NCBI GenBank assembly: GCA_046727155.1 | Contig: JBKPCB010000070.1 | Location: forward strand, 40 to 64,039 | DNA from: Candidatus Methylomirabilota bacterium | GTDB taxonomy: Bacteria > Methylomirabilota > Methylomirabilia > Rokubacteriales > CSP1-6 | Direction: 5' to 3' | DNA length: 64,000 nucleotides | Shown here: positions 29,001-37,631 of the stretch, one piece after another | How the letters are laid out: each line of letters begins with the position of its first letter | Numbering within the stretch: the first letter of the stretch is position 1 | Position numbers and translations under genes: made by a program | Notes under the pieces: model-generated | What the model was told of the DNA's origin: nothing | The model's input: the letters and a program-made list of their open reading frames with translations, nothing else | The model's database searches: none

Positions 29001-30236
29001 GTGACCGCGCTCCGGCGCATCCTCTTTGCGGCATTCGTCCTCGGTCTCGGCCTGTCCATCACGCTCTCCGAGACGGCGCTCGCGCTGCTGACTCTGCTGT
29101 GGCTGTGGACGCTCAGGGCGCCGCACGCGCGCGCCGCCGCGCTATGGCCGCTCCTGCCACCGGTGCTGGCATTCGGCGGCGTCACGGTGCTCTCAGCCCT
29201 CGCCTCGGGCCATGCCGGCTCGAGCCTCGGTGCCGCCAAGGGTCTGCTGCTGGTCGCCGCGCTTTATGTCACTGCCAACATCGTGAAGGGCCACACCGCA
29301 GCCGACCGCTTTCTCTGGGCGCTGGCGCTCGTCGTGGCGGTGGCCGCCGCCGTGGGACTTCTGCAGGTGAGCCTCTGCCCGGCCTCGCCGGCGCCCGAGC
29401 TGTCGCCCCGATGGCTCTACCATCGGTGCGACCGGGCCCGCGCTTTCTTCAGCATCTACATGACCCTCGCGGGGATTCTGACCATGGTGCTACTGGCCAC
29501 TCTGCCGCGGGTGCTGCCCGGGCGCGCGTTTCGGGCCTGGGCGCTGCCGCCGTGGTTGATCTCGCTGGCCGCGCTCATCGCGACCTTCACGCGGGGGGCC
29601 TGGGCTGGCTTCGCCGCCGGGGCGATGGCGCTGTTGCCGGCGGCGCGACCGCGCACGCGATGGCTCATCGTTGCCGGGCTGGTCGCCTTGGTGGCGGCGC
29701 TGCTGGCCATGCCTTACGAGGTTCGAGTGCGGTTCCTCACGTTGAACGAGCTCCGGCACCGTGTCCTTACGATGGCCGATCCCCATGAGGCCGGCGTCAC
29801 CGAGCGCCTTTACATGTGGCGGAGCGGGCTGGCCATATGGCGCGAGCACCCGCTGCTCGGGGTGGGGCCGGGCGGCGTCAAGCGCGAGTACGTCAACTAT
29901 GCGTTGCCCGAGGCGGTCAAGCAGCGCACGGGACACGTGCACAATACCCCGCTCCAGATTCTCGTCGAGCGGGGCGTCCTCGGGCTCGCGGCCTGGCTGT
30001 GGCTGTTCGGCGCCTTCTATCTCCGGGCGATCGGACTGCTGCGGCGGCTGCCTCGGGAGGCCGCGCGGGAGCGCGCACTGGTGGCCGGAAGCCTGGCGGC
30101 GATCACAGGGTTCCTGATCGGGGGAGTGTCCGAATACAACTTCGGCGACACCGAGGTGGTGCTGGTCGCGTGGACCCTCATCGCGCTGCCCTTCGTGGTC
30201 GAGGCGGGGGAGCGGATGCCATCCCCGGGCCAATGA
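29001..30236 (+). CDS. O-antigen ligase family membrane protein (WaaL or O-oligosaccharyltransferase-like)
   Basis: Many TM helices; TFTRGAW, ERLYMW, GVGPG, HVHN..LQILVERG.LG. Confidence 0.85.
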   Translation: MTALRRILFAAFVLGLGLSITLSETALALLTLLWLWTLRAPHARAAALWPLLPPVLAFGGVTVLSALASGHAGSSLGAAKGLLLVAALYVTANIVKGHTAADRFLWALALVVAVAAAVGLLQVSLCPASPAPELSPRWLYHRCDRARAFFSIYMTLAGILTMVLLATLPRVLPGRAFRAWALPPWLISLAALIATFTRGAWAGFAAGAMALLPAARPRTRWLIVAGLVALVAALLAMPYEVRVRFLTLNELRHRVLTMADPHEAGVTERLYMWRSGLAIWREHPLLGVGPGGVKREYVNYALPEAVKQRTGHVHNTPLQILVERGVLGLAAWLWLFGAFYLRAIGLLRRLPREAARERALVAGSLAAITGFLIGGVSEYNFGDTEVVLVAWTLIALPFVVEAGERMPSPGQ

Positions 30237-32650
30237 CATCCGTGGATGGCGGGACTGACCCGGCCGGCGTCTCGGTCTCCTCGAGGCAGGCCGGACTCGG
30301 GCTCCTGCTCGTCCCGCTCCTGGCGCTGCTGAGCCACGGGCTGCCCCAGGATTACCCCGTCTGGGCCGCCGTCAAAGTCGTGTTCGCCGGGCTGACCGTG
30401 GGAGTCGTTCCCGGCGCGCTGGTCGTGCTCGCGGTGCGGCCGTGCGCCAGCCTCACGCTGCTCGAGGTATTCGGGATCGGCGTGGCCGTCAGCCTGGGCT
30501 GGATCCAGCTAGCCACCGTGATCAGCCTCACGCTGCACATCCCGGTTTCGGCGATGGCCATCGCGTGGGCGGGAACGGCGGCAACCGCGGCCGCGGTGCT
30601 CGCGATACGGAAGCCGCGGGACTCGCGTTGGGCCGTGCGGCTGGACACGCGCGAGGCGGTCATCGGCGGGTCGCTGCTCACGCTGGCGGTGCTGCTCTAT
30701 CTGAAGGGCGCCCCATTCCTGACATGGGACGACCAGGTGCACGCGGCGCTCGTCCGCCGGCTGGCCTACGTGCGACATCCGGCACTGGACAATCTGCATT
30801 TCCTCCCGAATCTGGTCTTCACCTATCCGTTTCCCGGCACTCACTTCCTCATGGCGCTCGTCAGCCAGCTGGGCGGCATCGACGCGCTGTTCGTGTTTCA
30901 CAAGCTCCGGTTCCTCTGGGGTGTGGCCGCCTTGACGTTTTTGTATCTGATCGCGCGCCGGGTGTTCGAAGACTTGCGACTGCCCTTCGTCGTCGCCGCG
31001 ACCGCGATCCTGTTCGTCCTCAACGGCTCGTTCGGCGACGGGCCGGATCTCGACTGGGGCCAGCTGGCGCCGCACAGCAATCCGGCCGACGTGGCGCTGA
31101 GCGTGCTGCTGCCCGCACTCCTCGTGATGGCGCTCTACTTTCTCGGGGCCGAGGGCAGGCGGACGTCGGCGTTCTTCCTCGTCGGCGGGTTCGCGGTCGC
31201 GGCCATGTTGGCAATGGTGCAGATACGCAGCATCGCGCAGTTCCTCGTCTATCTCGGCTGCTTCATGGTGGCGGTCCTGATCTTCGGACGCGACCGGAGG
31301 TATCTCGCGAGATGCGCGCTTCTCATCGGGGGAACGGTCGGAGTCGTCGCGGCCTACCTGTTGTTTTATCAGCTGACCGTCCCACACATCTCGGCCGCCG
31401 TGGACGTGCATCGGACGGCGATGCTGGCAGCGGCGCGGAGTTTTTCCCCGGCGCATTGGCTCTCCCCGCCGCTCGAGCTCGTGCCCGGTTTCGACTCGCT
31501 CTTCTGGAGCTGGCACCCGTTCATGCTCATCGCCAGCCCGCTCCTGCTGCTCGTCTTCCGCAAGAAGCCCTTGATGCTATTGGTGGGCGCGAGCATCTTC
31601 GCCTATCTCCTGCTGATCCGGGTCCCGGCGCTGACCCTGCTCTATGCCTATGCCACGCATTTCGAGATTCTGTCCTGGCCGGTGCGCAACGTGGGCATCT
31701 TCACCTATCTGCTGACCGGGGCATGCCTGTACGTGATCGCTGCAAACCTGGCGCGGATCCGACAGCGCGTTGTCGCCCTCACCGCCGCGGCCGGGATCGC
31801 CCTGGCCCTGGCGCTCACATGGAGCCGCGGGACGACGGTCTTCGTGGCCCAACGAGATCTGTTCTTTCTACCGGTCATCCTGATGTACGGAATCGCGCTT
31901 GTCGGCCTGCGGAGCCCGGAGAGGGACGCCTCCGGCGTGCGGGCCGAGGCCGAGACGGCCGGCCCCGCGTGGAAAGCACCGTTCATCGTGCTATTGGGTT
32001 TGCTGACGCTCCTCACCTCTATCCCGAAGAGCTCTCCGCTGGCCCTCGGGGCCCTTCACGACGGGATCGAGGCGTTCGCGTACTCTTCAAACGTTCCGTT
32101 GACTCCGAAGGCCTTGCTGACTGGGCTTCGATGCGTGGACGCGGAGAGGGCGGACCTGCCGCTTCTCCCGGTGGCCGGATCGCCGAAGAGCCTGAAGGCG
32201 CGCTACCCCTCATGCCCACCCAGCACCGGCCTGGTCCGGTGGTCCGAAACGGCGCTGGGCGAGGATGCGCTCGTGCTCGCGGACGCGACCGATCTCTACG
32301 CGCTCTCGGTGTTCATCCCGCAGCACGTGCTGACGGGCCTGCCTTGGAGGAGCCTGCCGATTTCCTGGGGCGGAGAGTACGTGCGGGGACTGTTTCCGGC
32401 GTACTTCCGGGCATTCGACCTCGCGATGCGGGAGCATGGGACGCAGCCGTTCTTCAACGAGCGCGAGTCCTCGGAAGAGAAGCTGGCCTTCCTGCAGACC
32501 GTCGGGATCACTCACATCTTCGTTCATGCGGCCCAGAGCACGGTCGTCGCGCCCCTGGTGCTTGACCGAACCGCCCTGCTTCGGAAGCTCTACGACGACG
32601 GCGAGTGGGCGGTCTATGAAGTTGTCGCCCGGAGGGGCGGACGCGCGTAA
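30233..32650 (+). CDS. 805-aa polytopic membrane protein, putative GT-C glycosyltransferase
   Basis: Many hydrophobic segments, an acidic WDDQVH motif in the first large loop, and a soluble C-terminal domain ending GITHIFV...LYDDGEWAVYEV; ATGA overlap. Confidence 0.55.
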   Translation: MTSVDGGTDPAGVSVSSRQAGLGLLLVPLLALLSHGLPQDYPVWAAVKVVFAGLTVGVVPGALVVLAVRPCASLTLLEVFGIGVAVSLGWIQLATVISLTLHIPVSAMAIAWAGTAATAAAVLAIRKPRDSRWAVRLDTREAVIGGSLLTLAVLLYLKGAPFLTWDDQVHAALVRRLAYVRHPALDNLHFLPNLVFTYPFPGTHFLMALVSQLGGIDALFVFHKLRFLWGVAALTFLYLIARRVFEDLRLPFVVAATAILFVLNGSFGDGPDLDWGQLAPHSNPADVALSVLLPALLVMALYFLGAEGRRTSAFFLVGGFAVAAMLAMVQIRSIAQFLVYLGCFMVAVLIFGRDRRYLARCALLIGGTVGVVAAYLLFYQLTVPHISAAVDVHRTAMLAAARSFSPAHWLSPPLELVPGFDSLFWSWHPFMLIASPLLLLVFRKKPLMLLVGASIFAYLLLIRVPALTLLYAYATHFEILSWPVRNVGIFTYLLTGACLYVIAANLARIRQRVVALTAAAGIALALALTWSRGTTVFVAQRDLFFLPVILMYGIALVGLRSPERDASGVRAEAETAGPAWKAPFIVLLGLLTLLTSIPKSSPLALGALHDGIEAFAYSSNVPLTPKALLTGLRCVDAERADLPLLPVAGSPKSLKARYPSCPPSTGLVRWSETALGEDALVLADATDLYALSVFIPQHVLTGLPWRSLPISWGGEYVRGLFPAYFRAFDLAMREHGTQPFFNERESSEEKLAFLQTVGITHIFVHAAQSTVVAPLVLDRTALLRKLYDDGEWAVYEVVARRGGRA

Positions 32651-32663
32651 CAGTCAGGCGGGG

Positions 32664-33380
32664 CTAGTACACCGCGTACGGTTCGGTGGAAGACCTGACC
32701 TTGACGAAATACTGCTTGAAGGTGTCCAGATCGGTGTCGGAGACGAGATCGGATACCATCACGCAGAGCAGTCCCTGCTGGCGCCACACGATGAGGCTGA
32801 AGCCGTTCTCCTTCCGGAGCAGCGGCCGCCAGCGATCGACCTGGACTCGCCCGCGCTCAGGCACCACGACCTTGCCTGCCGGCAGGATCACGTAGGTCAC
32901 CGTGTGGCCGCGCGCGTCTTCATAGGCCAGCTCGATGCCGCGGCGGCCCTCGAGGTAGGTCGGCTTGGCATTGATCAGCTGGATGTCCTCGTCTCCCGTG
33001 AACACCCAGTTCAACGCGACACCGCTCTCCTCCATGGCGCGGGGCAGGGCCGCCGGCACCACGTCGGAGCGGGACTCGCCCCAGAGGATGTTGCGGGCGT
33101 GCTCGGACATCACGGCCCGCGAGACGAGCTGGAGCGGATCGCCGGCTGTGGTGGTCGTCAGGGACGGCGCGATCCACAGCATCGCGATCATGGCCGTGGC
33201 CAGCGACGAGACCGCCGGGGCGAGCCAGAGGGCCCACCACGAGCGCCGCGGGGTGTCCGGGAGCAGGGCTTGGACGATGGCCGCGCGCAGCGAGGCGGGC
33301 GCCGGGTAGCGCGGCAGCCGCTCCCGCAGCATCCGGCCCAGCTCTTCGTCGCCGTGTCGATCGTCGGTCCCGCTTGTCAT
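32664..33380 (-). CDS. Membrane anti-sigma factor (PrtR-like periplasmic domain)
   Basis: LPRYPAPASLRAAI, one TM helix, then L.GRRGIELAY...W.QQG...MVSDL; directly downstream of the ECF sigma. Confidence 0.75.
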   Translation of the reverse strand: MTSGTDDRHGDEELGRMLRERLPRYPAPASLRAAIVQALLPDTPRRSWWALWLAPAVSSLATAMIAMLWIAPSLTTTTAGDPLQLVSRAVMSEHARNILWGESRSDVVPAALPRAMEESGVALNWVFTGDEDIQLINAKPTYLEGRRGIELAYEDARGHTVTYVILPAGKVVVPERGRVQVDRWRPLLRKENGFSLIVWRQQGLLCVMVSDLVSDTDLDTFKQYFVKVRSSTEPYAVY

Positions 33381-33384
33381 CGCC

Positions 33385-33906
33385 TCACGCCTTCGATCCC
33401 GTGTCGTAGTCCTTCAGGTGCGTCCGCAGCCGTTCCTTCGCCCGGAAGATGCGCGACTTCACCGTTCCGACGGGGCAGTCCATGATGCGTGCCACGTCTT
33501 CCAGGGCCAGACCTTCCACTTCGGCGAGCAGGAGCGGCGTTTTGAACTCTTCAGGCAGCCTGGCCAGCGCCCGCTCGAGATCCATGTGGACCCCGGCGAC
33601 CCCGCTGTCCTGCGCCGGCGCGTCGTGGAACATCGGCGACTCGCCTTCCGGGACCCCGTCCTCGGAGAGGGCCGCCTCGCGCTCCCGCAACCGGTAAAAG
33701 GTCAGGAAGGTGTTTCTCAGTATCTGGAACAACCAGGCGCGCAGGTGGGTTCCCGGCTGGAATCGGTGGGAGAACCGCATGGCCCGGACGTAGGTCTCCT
33801 GGACCAGATCCTCGGCTTCCGAGCCGTTGCGGGTCAGGTAGACGGCGAGGTTATGAAGGGCGTCCAGATGCTGAAGGGCCTGTTGCCGGAACTCGTCGTC
33901 CGCCAC
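33385..33906 (-). CDS. ECF-type sigma-70 factor
   Basis: AEDLVQETYVRA, LRAWLFQILRN, LARLPEEFK, GTVKSRIFRA. Confidence 0.93.
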   Translation of the reverse strand: MADDEFRQQALQHLDALHNLAVYLTRNGSEAEDLVQETYVRAMRFSHRFQPGTHLRAWLFQILRNTFLTFYRLREREAALSEDGVPEGESPMFHDAPAQDSGVAGVHMDLERALARLPEEFKTPLLLAEVEGLALEDVARIMDCPVGTVKSRIFRAKERLRTHLKDYDTGSKA

Positions 33907-33922
33907 GGGAGGCTCGACCGGC

Positions 33923-34471
33923 CTAGCCTTCGAACCAGCGGCGGGGAAGGCCGGACTCGGCCACTTCGTGCTCGTCCTCGAGAGCCGCCAAGAGCTCCTG
34001 GATCGTCTGGTAGAGCACGGGATGCTCCAGCTCCGGCGCCAGGTCGGCGAGTGGCTGGAGTACGAAGCGGCGCTCGTGCAAGAGCAGGTGCGGGATGTGG
34101 AGCTGATCGGGGCCGCTGATCACGCGGTCGCCGTAGAGGAGGATGTCGATGTCCAGGGTTCGCGGCTCATAGCGCTGGTCCTCGGGGGTTCCCGGCCCGC
34201 GGCGGCGCCCGAGCCCACTTTCGAGCTCCTGGAGGCGCCGGAGCAGCGCGAGCGGATCGAGCTCCGTCTCCACCGCGACGACGCAGTTGAAGAACCAGGA
34301 CTCATGATCGGCGTGCTCTCCCGGACGCTGCTCCCAAGGCTCGGTCCGATAGAGCGGCGAGGCGTCCACGAAGCGGAGCTCGGGCATGGCGCGCAGCCGG
34401 TCAACGGCCTGGCGCAGCCAGTCGAGCCGATCTCCGAGATTGGAGCCCACTGACAAGAAGACCCGCGGCAT
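33923..34471 (-). CDS. folK: 2-amino-4-hydroxy-6-hydroxymethyldihydropteridine diphosphokinase
   Basis: LSVGSNLGDR, YRTEP, PRTLDIDILLYG, IPH..LHERRFVL.PLA. Confidence 0.95.
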   Translation of the reverse strand: MPRVFLSVGSNLGDRLDWLRQAVDRLRAMPELRFVDASPLYRTEPWEQRPGEHADHESWFFNCVVAVETELDPLALLRRLQELESGLGRRRGPGTPEDQRYEPRTLDIDILLYGDRVISGPDQLHIPHLLLHERRFVLQPLADLAPELEHPVLYQTIQELLAALEDEHEVAESGLPRRWFEG

Positions 34472-34842
34472 CAACGTCCCTCCCGTCGTCGGCTGATCTC
34501 GACACCGGGAGTGCCTTGCAGCCCCTGCATGGGCGGGGTCAGCTTGCGCACCCGCACGCGAACCTCCTCACAAGGGAACTCCGCCAGGAGCATCTGCGCC
34601 AGGCGTCCGGCCAGTCGCTCGAGCAAGTTCACCCGCTCCTTGGTGCAGACCTCGACGATCCGCGCCGCCACCACCCCGTAGTCGATGGTCGTGCGCAGAT
34701 CGTCGGAGGTCGCGGCGGGACTCAGGTCCAGGCTCAGCTCGGCGTCCACGGAAAACCAGGCGCCCACCGTCTGCTGGGCCTTGGTGACGCCGTGGTGGCC
34801 GTAGAAGCGAACGTCTTCGAGGAAGATTTTATCAGAGCTCAG
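34471..34842 (-). CDS. folB: Dihydroneopterin aldolase; probable CTG start
   Basis: DKIFLEDVRFYGHHGV...TIDYG...NLLERLA...VRKL. No in-frame ATG/GTG/TTG nearby; CTG at 34842 overlaps the dapL TGA. Confidence 0.9.
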   Translation of the reverse strand: MSSDKIFLEDVRFYGHHGVTKAQQTVGAWFSVDAELSLDLSPAATSDDLRTTIDYGVVAARIVEVCTKERVNLLERLAGRLAQMLLAEFPCEEVRVRVRKLTPPMQGLQGTPGVEISRRREGR

Positions 34843-36020
34843 AGCTTGAGGCTCCGCAGCCGCTCCATCGCCTCGCGCAGCCGCTTGGCGTCGATGGTGA
34901 GGGCAATGCGATAGAACCCCTCTCCCGACGGGCCGAAGCCCACGCCCGGCGTGACCACGCATCCCGCCTCCTCCAGCAGCCGTGCCGCGAAGGCCCGCGA
35001 GTCCAGCCCGCCCGGCACGGGAGCCCAGACGAAGAAGGCGGCCTTGGGAACATCCACCTCCCAGCCGAGCGACTTGAGCCCGGCGACGACCACATCGCGC
35101 CGCTCCTGGTAGGTGCGCCGGTACTGCTCGGCTATATCCTGAGGGCCCGTGAGGGCGGCGATGCCCGCCTCCTGCACCGCCTGGAAGACGCCCGAATCCA
35201 CATTCGTCTTCACCCTGCCGAGTCCCGCGACGGCCACGGCATTTCCCGAGCAGAAGCCGATGCGCCAGCCGGTCATGGAGTAGGTCTTGGAGAGGGAGTG
35301 GAACTCGACGCCGACCTCCAGGGCCCCCGGGGTCTCGAGAAACGAGGGCGGCCGGTAGCCGTCGAAGCGCAGCTCCGAGTACATCGCGTCGTGGCACACC
35401 AGGATCCCGTGGCGGCGTGCAAAGGCGACGACCCGCTCAAAGAAATCCTTCCCCGCGACGGCCGCGGTAGGGTTGTTGGGGTAGTTGAGGTACATGAGCT
35501 TTGCCCGCCGTGCCACGTCGGCGGGGATGGCCTCCAGGTCGGGCAGGAAGCCGTGGTCGCGCCGCAGCGGCATGAAGTGGGGCTGGCCTTCCGCGAACCA
35601 GGTGCCGGCGGCATAGACCGGGTAGCCCGGATCCGGCACCAGCACCACGTCACCCGGGTTCACGAAGGCCAAGGGCATATGCGCCGTGCCTTCCTTGGAG
35701 CCGATCAGCGCGAGCACCTCGGTCTCGGGGTTGAGCGCCACGCCGAAGCGTTGCCGGTACCAGGTCGCGACGGCCCGCCGGAACTCGAGCAGGCCCTCGT
35801 AGTCGGGATAGCGGTGGCTGGCGGGATTCTCGGCGCCCCGCTTGAGGGCCTCGATGATATGGGACGGCGTGGGCAGGTCGGGATCGCCGATGCCCATGTC
35901 GATGAGGTCCACGCCGCGGGCGCGCGCCTCCCGCTTCTTCTTGTCGATCTCCGCGAAGAGATAGGGCGGCAGTCGCTTCAGGCGCTCCGCCATCTCAAAT
36001 GGCCTCCGACTCTCGCTCAC
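34839..36020 (-). CDS. dapL: LL-diaminopimelate aminotransferase (class I/II PLP enzyme)
   Basis: LPPYLFAEID, GIGDPD, LIGSKEG, NYPNNPT, SLSKTYSMTGWRIG; adjacent to dapA/dapB. Confidence 0.8.
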   Translation of the reverse strand: MSESRRPFEMAERLKRLPPYLFAEIDKKKREARARGVDLIDMGIGDPDLPTPSHIIEALKRGAENPASHRYPDYEGLLEFRRAVATWYRQRFGVALNPETEVLALIGSKEGTAHMPLAFVNPGDVVLVPDPGYPVYAAGTWFAEGQPHFMPLRRDHGFLPDLEAIPADVARRAKLMYLNYPNNPTAAVAGKDFFERVVAFARRHGILVCHDAMYSELRFDGYRPPSFLETPGALEVGVEFHSLSKTYSMTGWRIGFCSGNAVAVAGLGRVKTNVDSGVFQAVQEAGIAALTGPQDIAEQYRRTYQERRDVVVAGLKSLGWEVDVPKAAFFVWAPVPGGLDSRAFAARLLEEAGCVVTPGVGFGPSGEGFYRIALTIDAKRLREAMERLRSLKL

Positions 36021-36029
36021 TCCGCTCTC

Positions 36030-36788
36030 CTAGATCTTGATGACGGGATTCTTCAGGCCGCCGATGCCTTCGATGCGCACCTCGACCTTGTCCCCGGGCT
36101 GCATGGGCCCGATGCCGGCAGGGGTGCCCGTGGAGATGAGATCGCCGGGGAGCAGCGTCATGATCGCCGACACTCGGGCGACGAGGTCTTCGACCGGGAA
36201 GATGAAGCTCTTGGTGTTCGACGCCTGCCGGCATTCCCCGTTGACCCATGTTTCGATGTCCACACCGTTGGGATCGATGTCGGTGGCGATGCAGGGACCG
36301 ACCGGGCAGAAGCTGTCGAAGGCCTTCGCGCGCGTCGGCTGGCCGTCGCGGGCCTGCAGATCCCGCGCCGTGACGTCGTTGAGGCAGGTGTAGCCCAGAA
36401 CGTAGTCGCGGGCCCGCTCCGGCGGCACCGAGCGGCAGCGCTTCTTCATGACGATGGCTAGCTCGCCCTCGTAATCCACGCGCTGGGCCTGCGGCGGGAA
36501 GACGATGGGGTCGTCGGGCCCGCAGAGCGCGGAGAGCGGCTTGAGGAAGAGCCTCGGCTCGGTTGGAACGGGGAGGTTCATCTCCTCGGCGTGATCGCGG
36601 TAATTGAGTCCAACCGCCACGATCTTGGTGGGCGCGACCGGCGCCAGCAGCACCGCCTGGCTCAGCGCGTACTTCTTCCGAGCCTTCTTGAACGTGCCGT
36701 AGGGCGTGCCTGCGTACTCCAGGATGTGCGTGCCATCGAGGACGCCGTAGCGCGTCTTGCCGGCGGCCCGAAACCGGACGATCTTCAT
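36030..36788 (-). CDS. Fumarylacetoacetate hydrolase family protein
   Basis: KIVAVGLNY, FLKP, DYEGELA, NDVTARD, KAFDSFCP.GP, STGTPAG. Confidence 0.93.
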   Translation of the reverse strand: MKIVRFRAAGKTRYGVLDGTHILEYAGTPYGTFKKARKKYALSQAVLLAPVAPTKIVAVGLNYRDHAEEMNLPVPTEPRLFLKPLSALCGPDDPIVFPPQAQRVDYEGELAIVMKKRCRSVPPERARDYVLGYTCLNDVTARDLQARDGQPTRAKAFDSFCPVGPCIATDIDPNGVDIETWVNGECRQASNTKSFIFPVEDLVARVSAIMTLLPGDLISTGTPAGIGPMQPGDKVEVRIEGIGGLKNPVIKI

Positions 36789-36816
36789 GTCTCCCTCCGG
36801 CGGCTTCCGATCACGG

Positions 36817-37620
36817 CTACGCCAGGCCCAGCACGTCCTGCATGGAGTAGAGGCCCGGCCGCGCGGTGGCGATGAAGCGGGCGGCGCGGAGCGCGCCCCG
36901 GGCCAAGGTGTCCCGGCTGTGGGCCCGGTGCGTGAGTTCCAGCCGCTCGCCGAGAGCGCCGAAGCTCACCGTGTGCTCCCCGACCACATCGCCCGACCGG
37001 AGCGAGGCGATTCCGATCTCCTTGCGCGTCCGCTCGCCCGGCAGGCCGTGGCGGCCGTACACGGCCGTCTTGGCCAGGTCCCGCCCCAGGGCCTGGGCCA
37101 CGACCTCGGCCATGCGGAGCGCGGTCCCGCTGGGGGCGTCCTTCTTGAAACGGTGGTGGGTCTCGGTGATCTCCACGTCGTAGTCGTCGCCCAGCATTCG
37201 CGCCATGTCGGCGAGGACGCGGAAGGCGACGTTGACCGCGACGCTCATGTTCGGCGACAGGAGCACGGGTGCGTCTTTGGCCAAGCGCTCGATCTCCTCG
37301 AGCTGGGCCGCCGAAAAGCCCGTGGTCCCGATCACCGCACGGCCGCCCAGACGGGCGACCAGGCGCAGATGGGCGAGGCTGGCGTCGGGCACGGAGAACT
37401 CGATCAGGATGCGGTCCTTGCCGAGGGCGCCATCGGGGTCGGCAGTGATGGGCACGTCGAGGCGCCCGACGCCCGCCGTCTCGCCAGCATCCTTGAGGAG
37501 GGTCGGGTGCCCGGGCCCTTCCAGCGCCGCCACCAGGCGCAGCTCCTTGTCGTCCTTGAGCAGCGCGACGAGACGGCTTCCCATCCGGCCGGCCGCGCCG
37601 GCGATGACCACGTCCGCCAT
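36817..37620 (-). CDS. dapB: 4-hydroxy-tetrahydrodipicolinate reductase
   Basis: GAAGRMG, GTTG, SPNMS, ETHHRFKKDAPSGTA, GDVVGEH. Confidence 0.95.
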   Translation of the reverse strand: MADVVIAGAAGRMGSRLVALLKDDKELRLVAALEGPGHPTLLKDAGETAGVGRLDVPITADPDGALGKDRILIEFSVPDASLAHLRLVARLGGRAVIGTTGFSAAQLEEIERLAKDAPVLLSPNMSVAVNVAFRVLADMARMLGDDYDVEITETHHRFKKDAPSGTALRMAEVVAQALGRDLAKTAVYGRHGLPGERTRKEIGIASLRSGDVVGEHTVSFGALGERLELTHRAHSRDTLARGALRAARFIATARPGLYSMQDVLGLA

Positions 37621-37631
37621 GGGAGTCCGGG

